Shown piece by piece: positions 32,851-44,177 of a stretch of DNA of 64,000 nucleotides. The translations under genes were made by a program, and so were the position numbers. Every line of letters begins with the position of its first letter. The stretch's first letter is position 1. Under the pieces are notes generated by a model, which saw only the letters and a program-made list of their open reading frames with translations, did no database searches and had not been told where the DNA came from. The stretch covers positions 17,524,784-17,588,783 of the forward strand of contig CM121341.1 in NCBI GenBank assembly GCA_051530055.1. The letters run 5' to 3'. This stretch comes from Neoechinorhynchus agilis. Taxonomy: Eukaryota > Animalia > Acanthocephala.

Positions 32851-34094
32851 ATGACATCTCTAAAACAAACCCCATTATGTGGACTATCGAAATCAGTTGC
32901 TGTTTGCCACTGTACGTTGCTTGCTATTGCATACGTTGCTAGTCTGTATATATGGAAAGACAGGTAAGGTTCCCGTGGATTTCCTCATTTATGCCAATTT
33001 TTATGATAGGTTCTGTGATAGAAACAATCCGTCTGTTATAAGAAAAAGATTTATGTCAGCGTTTTCAGTCTGTTTAATTGCTACAGTCCTAACGTCCGTG
33101 CATCTACTAACTGTAGCTTACAAATTCGACTGCAGGGAAGATGACGGTTGGTTTTATCGACCTATCTACATTCAGATGGGATTAAGATTGAACGGTATTC
33201 TTGAAGCTATAATCGTTTCCTCGATTCTGTGCACTGTTCTTTTTACGGGTCCTATAATACAGACTCTGTAAAACAGTGATTCTTAGATCGAACAACGCAA
33301 ATCAATCTTTTAAACCGGTGTAAATTTTAGATCCATAAATCACGCTGTTGTATGCTTTCTAATGCAATACTAAAGAATAGAATTTAGCCTCGAACATCAT
33401 AAATGAACTTATGACTAGTTCGAATGAGAATCGCTGATATACCGATTGCATTTGGAGCATGACTACCGTATTCAATTTCCCATGATTCCAAGTAACCAAT
33501 CAGTGCTCGATCCTTATGCTTGTTTGATGCTTCAGCAGCAACTTCAATCTCAATCAAAACTCCTAATCCGTATCCGCAACTATTTTGTTGCTCCGATGAC
33601 TGAGGAGCTCGTATTTCGAGCATGCTTTGTTCCAATTCTATTCGGTTCAAACCCTGACAAATCCTATGTTATTCTCGTATCTTCGATTCTGTTCTCAGTT
33701 TGTCATTTCCATCACATATTTGAACAACCCGTTCGAAGCATATCTGTGTTGGCACCATTCATATTGCAAGTGATCTACACTGGTGTTTTCGGTTCATTCG
33801 CTGCTTACCTATTTATACGGACCAATCATTTGATTGCGTGTTTTATCGTTCGATGGATCGTTTTTGATAAGGGCGGACTCACAATCAAAGTTTCTAAAAA
33901 ACGATCCTGAGCCTACTGCGCATGCGATATGCAATGCTTTTGGTCTCCCGGAATTCGGGGATGTTTTGTTGATTAGGGACCGTACGGTAAAGATTGGGAT
34001 CATTCTTGGATATGTTGGAGGACTTGTAGGATTCGTTCTACTTCTTGGACCTATTACAAACCCTAAAGTATTTTTAAATGATGTTTATTACTGA
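32851..34094 (+). CDS. RCE1: CAAX prenyl protease 2 (Ras converting enzyme 1), multi-exon
   Basis: YVASLYIW | DRNNPSVIRKRF; LFTGPIIQ; IRNYFVAPMTEELVFRAC; HFHH; AHAICNAFGLP; canonical intron 32964-33009; middle and last introns inferred. Confidence 0.92.
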
Positions 34095-34511
34095 TCACGG
34101 CGGGCTGGAGCAGCGAAATATGTAAAATTGTGGATAAAATTTACGGGACGAGAGAGAAGACAGTTTTATCTTTTTTCGTACAATAAAAGAGTAAATGAGA
34201 TTTCCATATGTATGATAAAAATCCGTTTATCTTTGTACTCGGAAAATAATTGTTTGAAGCATAATTCCAACATTCTAGTTTTCGATCTACCACTTACTCA
34301 ACTATCCGCTTGAACAATCCTAAAAAGAATATTACCTTTAGAAACGTTAAAATTATCCAAAATGGATGATCTTTTAAATTTTTGTAAGATATTCACTTCG
34401 CCTTGGTTATCAAGCATATCGATATGTAATAGAAAGAACAATTTTTGTATTCGTCCTTGCACCACACAACTATGAAAGGAGGAAAGCCAGTAAACCCAGA
34501 CGAATTACTTC

Positions 34512-36060
34512 GTGAATCGTAAAATATTTCCTAAAGTCTACACATTTTGCAAACATAAATCCAAGCCAAAAATGCTCCGGAGGGCATGGAATTTGAAAAT
34601 TCTGGCATTTAGTTTTATTGGAGAATTAAATGATTTATTCCGAGAAGAAACGCAGTTCGACCGTCTAAAGGAGTTGAAAGTTTTTGGTGGAACAACACGA
34701 TATTTGAACGCGAGTTTTTTACGCAGAGTTCCTAAACTAACACGCTTAAAAGCCAATATGGGGTGTCTCGAGCAAATTCCCACTGGAAACGAACGTACAA
34801 GCAAATTGGTGGAATCCATGGTTTTGTCAGGAAATCAAATCAGTAAACTTGATGATTCGTGTTTCTCGCAATGGTCAAATCTTGACCATTTGGATCTGTC
34901 AAGTAATCGAATTTCTAGCATTAGCAAATATGCATTTTCGTACCTCCGAAAACTAAGAATTCTCGATCTCGGAGATAACCAAATTTCATATCTGCTTTAC
35001 GGAGTATTGAAGAACAATGTCCGAATAAATACGCTTTCTATGGCCAATAACGATTTAATAACACTACCTGAACATTTCCTGAAGACCTTGAAGAATCTTC
35101 AAATGCTCGATTTGTCTCATAATCCAATAAGTAGTATCGATACGATTACCGTTGGAGCGAATAATGTTAGACAATGTATTATAAAGGATACACCAATTTC
35201 GTTTTTATTGTATGATCAAAAGCGAAATCCTGATACCTTTCTCGAAATTTTCGATGTCGTAGAATTCATTCCCCAACCTTCACGGGAAGGTTTTGGTGTT
35301 CACGGTTTGGTTCAGCACTGTAATGTCACAATGAATGTTACTGTGCTAACATCGAAGAATCTACATCACATAAAAGACGTTCATCAACTGATCAATGGAA
35401 ATGAGACGTTTTCACTCGACTTGAGCCATAATGAAATATCCGTAATCGATAATGATGATTTTCTTTTATTAACAAATCTTCGATTCCTGTGCGTTCAATT
35501 CAACAAGATTTGGAAAATTGTTACGCTATCATTTGAACATTGCCAGGAATTGAAAACGCTTGATCTTGCAAATAACCATCTAAGAAATCTTGATGTACAG
35601 GACATGTTCTATGGACTAAACAATGTCATTGCTCTACATTTGGCCAAAAATGGGTTTCAGTTATTTCCCAGTTATCATTTATCGAATCTAAAAAGTCTAC
35701 ATATTCTCAATATTTCTCACAATCCAATTCGAGAATTTTATAGTGGTGCATTCCGAGAGGCAGGAACAATTACTGAGGTTGATGTGACTTTTACGGATAT
35801 CGAAATTATTTCAGATCTATAACCGAACATTGGGAATTCGCTCATTAAAAAAAACGATATCGCAGGATTCGGATTTTTTTCAATGCAAAATTTTTTAGGG
35901 TTTTGTGACTTTCTAACTTCGCTAACCAACGAATTATTAGAAAAACATTTTGATTTAGCATTCCTCAATGTAAAAGAACATAAAAGAACGCAGTCTCAAA
36001 ACTACACTTGATTAGCCAGCCTGCGCCTCCAATTTTTTCGAATGTCTCTCATAAAATGGC
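34512..36060 (+). pseudogene. LRR protein paralog of 60714; 5' part lost or divergent, 3' part frameshifted
   Basis: 436 aa LRR ORF closely similar to 61475-62702 from LKILAFSFIGELNDLF onward; no ATG or signal peptide; deletion downstream of 35822. Confidence 0.7.
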
Positions 36061-36254
36061 AAGCCGCATAGGGGATATAGACATTTTTCATCGATATTCC
36101 AATTTCGGTTGATCATCACAAACAAGGCAAACTTTTAAAATTGAAAACAAAACAAATGACCACCGGAAGATTTAATCCAAGATTTGCGGGGATTAAAACC
36201 GGTGCTTTTTTCCTGTCATGCAAAATTTCCATCGGGATAGTAAATTTTGACTTG

Positions 36255-36356
36255 TGGTGAATATAATCCCGGTTACAAATCATTTTATTGTAATGAAATA
36301 TTTCGAAGGAGGAGACCTCGCCTTATCAATCATCTAAAAATGTTTTTGGTTATGAG
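36255..36356 (-). ncRNA. hammerhead motif with U3-A8 core (36292-36334) in a 53727-family element
   Basis: gatga-TTGATAA-ggcgagg tct cctccttc-GAAA-TA-T-T-tcatt; stem I 5 bp, stem II partly degenerate. Confidence 0.6.
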
Positions 36357-36524
36357 TTTTTCTATATTTTGTCCAATAGGCTCGGGTTGACAGGTTCGCT
36401 ATTCCAACGAGGGTCGCGGACCCTGTTCCATTAACAAGATTTATTCATCATGGTAATATATAGAGAAGTTTTACAACATCATAGCCATTCTAGTGACACG
36501 GCAACCTTTTGAAACAGAAACTCC

Positions 36525-37840
36525 TCAACTCTCCGGCCCAGGAGAAAGACAGGGTGTTAAGGTTGTCGCAGAAGGTTTTGACAAACAAAGACTTTTGTTC
36601 CTGGGGGCAACCTCGAGAAAAAAGACTAGGCCTGGAATGCGCCAACTTTTATAAATAGTTTGGCATTGCTTAACATTCAGACTGAGTTTGATGGCGCGCT
36701 TAGTCTTTTTAAAAGCTAAACTGAGCATTTTTTTCATTTTACCTAAATCTGTTCAGGTGATAGATTTGAAGTAAAAGTGTGGCCCAAAATTCTAATTTTA
36801 AGAGGAGCGTTGGAAAACCCTGAGGAAGAGGGTACAGGGTTATTCATTAAATTGTTAAAAAAGGATTTAAGATCTTTCCGGATTCGGCATGAGCGAACTT
36901 TAAAAAGACATAAACACTTCGACCTATTCAAAGATAAATTCATTTTTGGTAAAAAGGAGTTAAGATAATCAATACATTGACCAATCAGGATTTTCATTTT
37001 GGCTGCTCTGTGGGCGGAGATGACAAAAGTCAAGTCATCCGCATAGCAAGTGAGAGAGGCCCTTATTTTAAAATTTTGAATCAAATATTGTGACGCCAAA
37101 AGGAAGAGAATAGGTGACAGAGGTGACCCCTGTGGAACACCATTGGAAGGATAATATAGTGTCTTTGAAATGTCGTCTTCGAAGTAAAAAGATTTTGTAA
37201 ATAAAATATTGTGGATGCGTGTAATTAAATTGTGAGGAATACTGAAAAATTCAAGCATCTCAATAATAAAAGAGAGTGAAATCCTATCAAACGCTTGAGA
37301 AATGTCCACGGCAAGCATAACTCGCATGGGCATGTAAGAGCAAGAAAAATTGGAGTAAATAACTGCTAAGGCAGAGTGAACTGATTTCCCTTTTAGAAAA
37401 CCATGACAATTTGAAGAGATGCAATTATGTTCATTAATGAAGGATCTCAACCTATTAGCAAGTGCGCGTTCATAAATGGTTACAAGGGGATTTTGAAGCG
37501 AGATAGGGCGAACGTCTTTTGGTTCAACAATGGCCTTCCTGCCATTTTTAACCAAGAAAATACGTCTAGAGACATTAATCTCTCTCTAAGCGTAAGGGGA
37601 GGAATGCAGCATAGATTTGGCTAAGATGGATACACAGCTTTTAGGAAGCAGTGTAAAGATTTTTGTCCCTGGGCAGCCATTAGACGATGCCAACTTCGGA
37701 TTTGTGGACCATACTTCGAGAATATCTTTTAAGGTGATATCCGTGCGATTACGAAGTGGTTTGCGAAAACAAATTGATGGCACGTTGGTAGTCGAGCCCG
37801 CGGAATGAAAATCAAAAATTTGAAAAAGAATATCCCCCAA
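36525..37840 (-). mobile_element. LINE-type non-LTR retrotransposon reverse transcriptase fragment
   Basis: RPISL, HGFLKGKS, VDISQAFD, GVPQGSPLSPILF, YADD. Confidence 0.9.
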
Positions 37841-37935
37841 TGTTGTGGATTTTTAGATCCTGTTCTCCCCTGCTCGTAAACCCTGCACTATATCGTGTGT
37901 CCTATTGATTTTTACTACGTCACTGGCAGGTAGTT

Positions 37936-38560
37936 TTACGCTGAAATTCGCTTCATTGCCTTCCATTGTATTGGCCGCAGAGATGTATGTAAGGCCTCCA
38001 GGAAAAGGCGCCTTCCAAGATTTGGCTCCTTCTCTATAAATTCCGTGCCCTCAAAATCTGTGCGATGTTGTATAGTTTCCTGGTGGTTTGAAATGGTGAA
38101 TGAATGATACGCACGTCGACAGGTCTGTTTTTGTTGGCTGACTCTCTTCGGAATGCCCTGCATTGTTTGGCCGATGTATACCTTGTCACATTGATTGCAC
38201 TGTATTTTTTTACACCCTGCAACGAGTCGGATCATTGTGCACCTTCCTCTTGAACGTGCAAACTCCAAACACCGTCCTCATAATCGAATTGATCATTTGG
38301 TTTGTTGCATCGCCAAAACAAATTCAACTTTTTCGAATTTCACGGACTCTGGGAGCGGTTTTTGTTCTGCGTTAAGTGATTGCTCCTCTTAATATCGCAA
38401 TCAATTATCCATTTGGGGTATCGCCTTATTCGCAATTTCCTCACGATACTATCCCTTTCCTTAATCCACGCAACTCCATTGGACGATATTAGAAAGGTTC
38501 TCCGGAAATACGAAGTCACCGCGGAGATCTTGTGCCTCGTTGGTTGATGACTGGACTAGT
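37936..38560 (-). mobile_element. Penelope-like element 3' fragment (GIY-YIG endonuclease)
   Basis: IQCNQCDKVYIGQT..KRVSQ..H..EKEPNLGRRLFLEAL; degenerate upstream RYPKWII resembles the RT thumb region. Confidence 0.8.
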
Positions 38561-38594
38561 GCGGTGGTCCCCAAGGCACGTTGGGCTTGCGACC

Positions 38595-39490
38595 CACAAC
38601 CAAAGGTGACGAAATACTGCTGAAGGGAGGAAACTCACTGATGAGTCCCGTCTCCTCGAGGTGTCTGAGGATCCGGAGAGATGTACGAACTCTTAACGTT
38701 TCATCCGAGTTTAAGTGGTCACATCACTTCTCTGGTGTAAAACAAAGTTTCTCAGACCGCCGAAATTGCTAATGCACATCGATAGTAATATATACATCCG
38801 GTCGAGAGAATCAGCTGACAATGCAACAAATAATAAAGACATTCGGTTAAGCAAAACCGATTTCGTCAGCTGGGTTTGTACATTTCGTAGTTGTGCAGAG
38901 GTGGTTTAGCGGGCTCGTACCCCGAATCTCTGTTTCAGGGTCAAAGGGTTCGAATCCAAGATCGCCAATGACGCACAACCAAAGGTGACGAAATACTGCT
39001 GAAGGGAGGAAACTCACTGATGAGTCCCGTCTCCTCGAGGTGTCTGAGGATCCGGAGAGATGTACGAACTCTTAACGTTTCATCCGAGTTTAAGTGGTCA
39101 CATCACTTCTCTGGTGTAAAACAAAGTTTCTGCGACCGCCGAAATTGCTAATGCACATCAATAGTAATATATACATCCGGTCGAGAAAATCAGCTGACAA
39201 TGCAACAAATAATAAAGACATTCGGTTAAGCAAAACCGATTTCGTCAGCTGGGTTTGTACATTTCGTAGTTGTGCAGAGGTGGTTTAGGGGGCTCGTACC
39301 CCGAATCCCTGTTTGAGGGTCAAAGCGTTCGACCCCCCACGATCGCCAATGACGCACAATCAAAGGGGACGAAATACCGCTGAAGGGAGGAAACTACTCT
39401 TAACGTTTCATCAGTTTAAATGACCACATCACTTCTTTGATGTAAAACAAAATTTCTCCGACCGCCGAAAGTGCTAATTCACATCAATAT
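38595..39490 (+). repeat. ~380 bp tandem repeat (2.4 units) with Pol III A/B-box-like and hammerhead-like motifs
   Basis: units start at 38595, 38974 and 39355; TGGTTTAGCGG (38902) and GGTTCGAATCC (38947); CTGATGAGTCC, GACGAAA and GAAACTCA-ctga-TGAGTC. Confidence 0.8.
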
Positions 39491-39605
39491 ATATAAAGGG
39501 CTAAAGGTTTACATAAATCGGCTAGTGAAGATTCCACGAAAGAGAATACGGCTTTGGTAGATTCCATCATTATGGCAAACTCAAGCGAAGATTCATTGGA
39601 AACGA

Positions 39606-40199
39606 GTGGTGTTCAAAACACTGCGAATACTTCGACAATTACTAGGGATTTTAATACCACCCTTAGGTGATATTCAGCCTGCAGTACTTAATAATTCCAA
39701 ATTTATTGCGGAGGAGCATGATATTGACCAGAGATCGTCTGAATTCCAAGCGGCACTTGTAAGTAATTTCAGACGTGAAGAGAAAACAATCAGTCCCAAT
39801 CCAATTATAGCTGCAACGCTTGGTGCAGCAGAGGACCATCCAACAAAGTCAACTCAGCATCCAGATTTCCGATCTCCGGTGACAATACCAAGTGGTCCAA
39901 TATCGGCAATCAAAACACTTGTCATGGCGGAAGCACACCTTTCAACCGAGAATGTTTTTGAATTTGTTTTCGATATGCCCGCTACTCCAATGGTGTGTCT
40001 TGAGTTCACAATATCGTTGCAGGAATTTGATAAAACTACAAATGACGATCCTTTTCCATTTCGGCCAAAGGTTGTACCATCAGCCAGAAATAATCTTTCG
40101 GAGGTACCTAATAGTTTTGAAGAATCTTTAATTGGATTAACTTTAAGTGAGATGCTGAACACATCGATTGAAGAGCTTAAAGTGCAATATTGCAGTTAA
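39606..40199 (+). CDS. hypothetical protein, 197 aa
   Basis: long stop-free frame in AT-rich DNA; no recognisable motif; GTG start. Confidence 0.3.
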   Translation: MVFKTLRILRQLLGILIPPLGDIQPAVLNNSKFIAEEHDIDQRSSEFQAALVSNFRREEKTISPNPIIAATLGAAEDHPTKSTQHPDFRSPVTIPSGPISAIKTLVMAEAHLSTENVFEFVFDMPATPMVCLEFTISLQEFDKTTNDDPFPFRPKVVPSARNNLSEVPNSFEESLIGLTLSEMLNTSIEELKVQYCS

Positions 40200-40287
40200 C
40201 GGAGAAAGTGAGTTTTAATGGGTAAAAGTATTTCTTAAGAGTCAACAAACTTTAAAATGCGTCATTTCATGGATTCTATCAATATGT

Positions 40288-40764
40288 TCAAACGGCAACA
40301 ATAATAAAATAAGATTTAATGCTAAAATTCCCAAAAAAGATATCATTGTGAGGTGTGCAATATTGCAGTTGTAAGGAATTGAAAAATTTTAGTTTTGGAT
40401 TGTCATCCAAGAAACCGTAGTTCAGCATGTTGATGCTGCGTGTGACTAAGCGAGCGTTATTAGCGAGGCCCAGTCCACAAAAGTTGTTATTCTGATCATG
40501 CTTCCCATCATTCAGACATGCCGTTCCACTGGAAACGATAAAGTATTTGGAATCGTGGTTACTGAATGACTCAAAAGTAAGCAAGCTATCCATTAACTCA
40601 GGATGACTTTCTTCGAGCGTATTATCGACTATACCAAGCGTAACACCTTTGCCGGAATAAGTTTTCATCAAGATCAAGTCCATGTTGTTGGAGTAATTCA
40701 TTATTCCAGCGATGCGTGAACGGCATTCCACAATATTCAGAATGCTCAGGAGGAAAAGAATCAT
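40288..40764 (-). CDS. degenerate kexin/furin-like S8 protease fragment
   Basis: signal-like N-terminus; YSGKGVTLGIVDNTLEESHPEL; GTAC; NNFCGLGLANNARL; catalytic His absent. Confidence 0.6.
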   Translation of the reverse strand: MILFLLSILNIVECRSRIAGIMNYSNNMDLILMKTYSGKGVTLGIVDNTLEESHPELMDSLLTFESFSNHDSKYFIVSSGTACLNDGKHDQNNNFCGLGLANNARLVTRSINMLNYGFLDDNPKLKFFNSLQLQYCTPHNDIFFGNFSIKSYFIIVAV

Positions 40765-41444
40765 AGTAAAGCAAAAAGTATTTCAACATCTACTAAGCAA
40801 CGTACATTTTTTTCGAATAGGGCATCGGTGAATCATGCCTCAACACGGTTGAGAGTTAAGAATATGAGATTTTAATAGACGATGCGAAGTGGCTTGATTC
40901 AGGACTGTCAAAAACCTTCGAAAATGTTTAGCCTGACAAGACAGCAAACGGTTGCCCAGCTTTACGCATTTGAATTTAATAGCGAAATAAAGTTTGAGTA
41001 TTTATAGGATTGCATTTTATTGTTTCAATATCTTAATTGTTAAAATAAGCAATAATCCAACTCTATTGGTAAACAACGCATATAAGCGTGGGACATTAGT
41101 TAATTTATTGAACAAATATAACTTATTAATAACTCGTAAAACCTCCAAAAAATGAACCCGTTTTAACAGAATGATGTCTTAAAAGCCGTGAACAATAATA
41201 ATGACGATGCTTTAGATAACTGAAGCTGCTGAATGCCGCTTCTTCCCGAAAGGAAGCCATAAATTCTTGAGGTTTTCATTCTTTCAGTAAAGTGCAATTT
41301 GGGATTGCCGCATTCCTTTTACGATTTAATGGGTAGCGATTTCGTGAGTAAATATTCTGCTTTCTACGTTTTATATTGAGATTCAACAAAGTGCAAACTA
41401 TTCAGCTTATTTGATAAGGTTCTGAAACTTCCATAATATAGATA

Positions 41445-42735
41445 ATGGCGATTAATATATTTCGGCAATACACCCGGACGCTAGTTTCTGTTGCTCAGAA
41501 ATCGCCGTTGTCAATAACGTATGTCGCCGAATCGAACAAACTGTCGGTGTCGAATATTCCTACAATTGAAGAACTGTTCAACTCCAGGGTTCATTACGGG
41601 CATAAAATTGGGCTTCGAAATCCTTGGATGCGATCATACATCTTCGGTACTCGTCAAAGTATCGATATTATAGATCTGGCTTATACCAGGCAACTACTAT
41701 CAACGTCGCTTCATTTCCTCGCAAATATAGTATTCAAAGGAGGAATGATTCTATTCATTTGCTGCCATCCACAACATTGTTTGACTGTCGAGCAAATGGC
41801 ACTTGACTGTGGTGAATACGCTCATTGTAGACGAACTACGAGTTCACAATCAGGTGCGTAGTCCTAAAATTTCGGCAATCAATATTTTGGGCTTTGTAGC
41901 ATAATTTTTGTTGATAGGACCCAAAAATACATGGGTCCTTTTCTTTCTTAAATATCAAATTAACAAATAAACATGTTTTTATTTAGTAGCGAATTTAGAC
42001 TAAGTCGTCGTCGAACTCTGTTTACTTTCTTACTTTATTTATCTTCGGTGGTCTTCTTCCCATAATGTCGGGTACGTAGACGTATGGCACTAAAACTCTT
42101 TCAATCGAGCATTCTCGCAAAGGTGTCCCAAGATGTTTATTGTCGGTACATTTCTCTTTGTGAGCTAATAAACATGTTTGCAAGATTTGAGGAATGTTGG
42201 TCGTTTTCTTATTTGTTTACTACATTTGTTTTAAGGAGCTTATTAATTTCTGATTGGTTGCCTTAAAAGATTGGATAAAATTAGCATTTTTTTAGAAGCT
42301 TCATAAAATAAAATTTTCTTCGTTGCCAATCGCTATTATAACATCACAATCAATGTTTTAAGAAGCTTAGCTATACCCCACGCGTTTACGCAAATTTATA
42401 AGATTGTGAAAGCGTGGTATCGAGAGTGGATCAGCGGAACATTTTTAAATGCTGATAAAAAATTCGGTCTAAGTGTCCGACTGCCCGATCTTTGTATTTT
42501 CTTTCACTCGCTAGCTCCTTTCGGTTCTCACCATCCGGCATTGACGGAAGCCAATAAAATGCTGGTTCCCACTATGGCACTGGTGGACACTGACGCCAAT
42601 CCAAACATTATAACGTATCCGATTCCAGCCAATGACGACTCACCATCTTCTGTTGGATTATTTGGAACGTTATTTGTCGATACCATTTGCCAAGCTAAGC
42701 AATTAAAGGAAGAAATTGACAGTCGAACCAAGTAA
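41445..42735 (+). CDS. MRPS2: mitochondrial ribosomal protein uS2m (2 exons; intron ~41832-42423, boundaries uncertain)
   Basis: LFNSRVHYGHK..IIDL..CGEYAHCR; EWISGTFLN..VRLPDLCIF..VDTDANP..ITYPIPANDDS. Confidence 0.95.
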
Positions 42736-42904
42736 AAGGCAAGTAAATGATTTTTATCCGACGCATCTCTCCGCTCCCGTGAAAAATCACCGATAAACTG
42801 TAACTTTTCGATACCCTAAAAGCGTATGTTAACCGAATACAAATGACACGAGAACTAATATTTTTATTTTGATATTCCTTTAACTTTGTAAGTTTTTTTA
42901 ATTT

Positions 42905-43137
42905 GCAGGCTGGTTTTAAGACACAAAACTAGCCCCAATAAATGATGTATTGTTTCGAATACCGCTGCAGATTATGCATCCAGCATAAATTGCGGACATT
43001 ATGGACGTGATCAATCGTTGGTAAATGTTCTTCGAACAGTCGGGAAAAAAGATGCAATTAAATGAGTATTGATCAAGGAAGTATCTATATAATAATTCCC
43101 AATGATCTTAGATATATTTTGTCAAACGTTGAGACAG
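42905..43137 (+). pseudogene. 5' fragment of the LRR gene family
   Basis: DNA homologous to ~60820-61040 (ttatgcatcc..aatgttcttcgaacagtcgg..ttcccaatgatctt), with stops. Confidence 0.75.
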
Positions 43138-43807
43138 TCGCGTTACGTTGTTTTTGTTGCTGTGTATATTACGCTTGTTGCGTACGAGCAACTTCTCGTT
43201 GCATTTTACTGCCGAAGTAAGGCCGTTGTTGTTTTGCGTTACTTCCGTACTTTTTCTCGCAGATGTTGATTTCGTGCATCATGTTGATGTTGTGTCTATG
43301 TGTCGCGTTACGTTGTTGTTGCGTATAATACGCTCGTCGCGTACAAGCAATTTCTCGTTGCATTTTACGGCATAATTAAGGCTGTTGTTGTTTCTTAGTT
43401 TCGTATTATGTTCGTGCTTTTTCTCTCAGCAGTTGATTTCGAGCATCATTCTGATATTGTGTCGCATTCGTTGTTGCTGCGTATAGTACGCTCGCTGCGT
43501 TCAAGCAACTTCTCGTTGCATTTTACTGCCGAAGTAAGGCCGTTGTTGTTTCGCGTTACTATCGTGCTTTTTCTCTCAGCTGTTGATTTCGGGCATCATT
43601 CTGATAGTGTGTCGCGTTGCGTTGTTGTGTATAATACGCTCGACGCGTACGAACAACTTCTCGGCGCGTACGATCAACTTCTCGTCGCATTTTACTGCCG
43701 AAGTAAGGCCGTTGTTGTTTCGTCGTTTCGCGTTACTTTCGTGCTTTTTCTCTGAGCTGTTGAATTCGGTCATCATGCTGATATTGTCTCTGTGTCGCGT
43801 TACATAG

Positions 43808-43842
<35 letters not shown>
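43138..43842. repeat. ~160 bp tandem satellite (~4 units) ending in (GTT)12
   Basis: gcattttac anchor at 43201, 43359, 43518 and 43687; GTT run 43807-43842. Confidence 0.9.
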
Positions 43843-43844
<2 letters not shown>

Positions 43845-44177
43845 GTATATTACGCTAGCGAGTCGGGAACTTGCATTTGTTACTTTTTTCATCTGCATTG
43901 CGTTCGTGGTTGATGATTGCAATAGTCATGCTGTTGTTTTGACAGTATCGCTATACGTACCGGGTTTTTCCCGCACATTGAACTGTTTTATACTTGAGAT
44001 AATTTTCACTAAAATTTAATTTTTTTTTCAAGCGTTACTATGTTTATTTCATTATTAACACACGACCGTAGAGCGCCTAAACGAACATAGTAAAATGTAC
44101 TTTTTTAAATTGGACCAAATAAACATTTTATTGCAGGTTCGCATTGAAGCACATAAGAGTCATCTATAAAGCGTTAT

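Noticed and set aside
34085-34130. hammerhead-like string at the RCE1 stop
   Set aside because: C at position 8, G at position 17 and a 6-nt core insertion; overlaps the stop codon
38895-38967. tRNA gene
   Set aside because: A/B boxes are present, but the acceptor stem and anticodon loop are non-canonical; part of a tandem repeat
43148-44019. ORFs in the 160-bp satellite, including poly-Val
   Set aside because: Products of repeat and microsatellite composition
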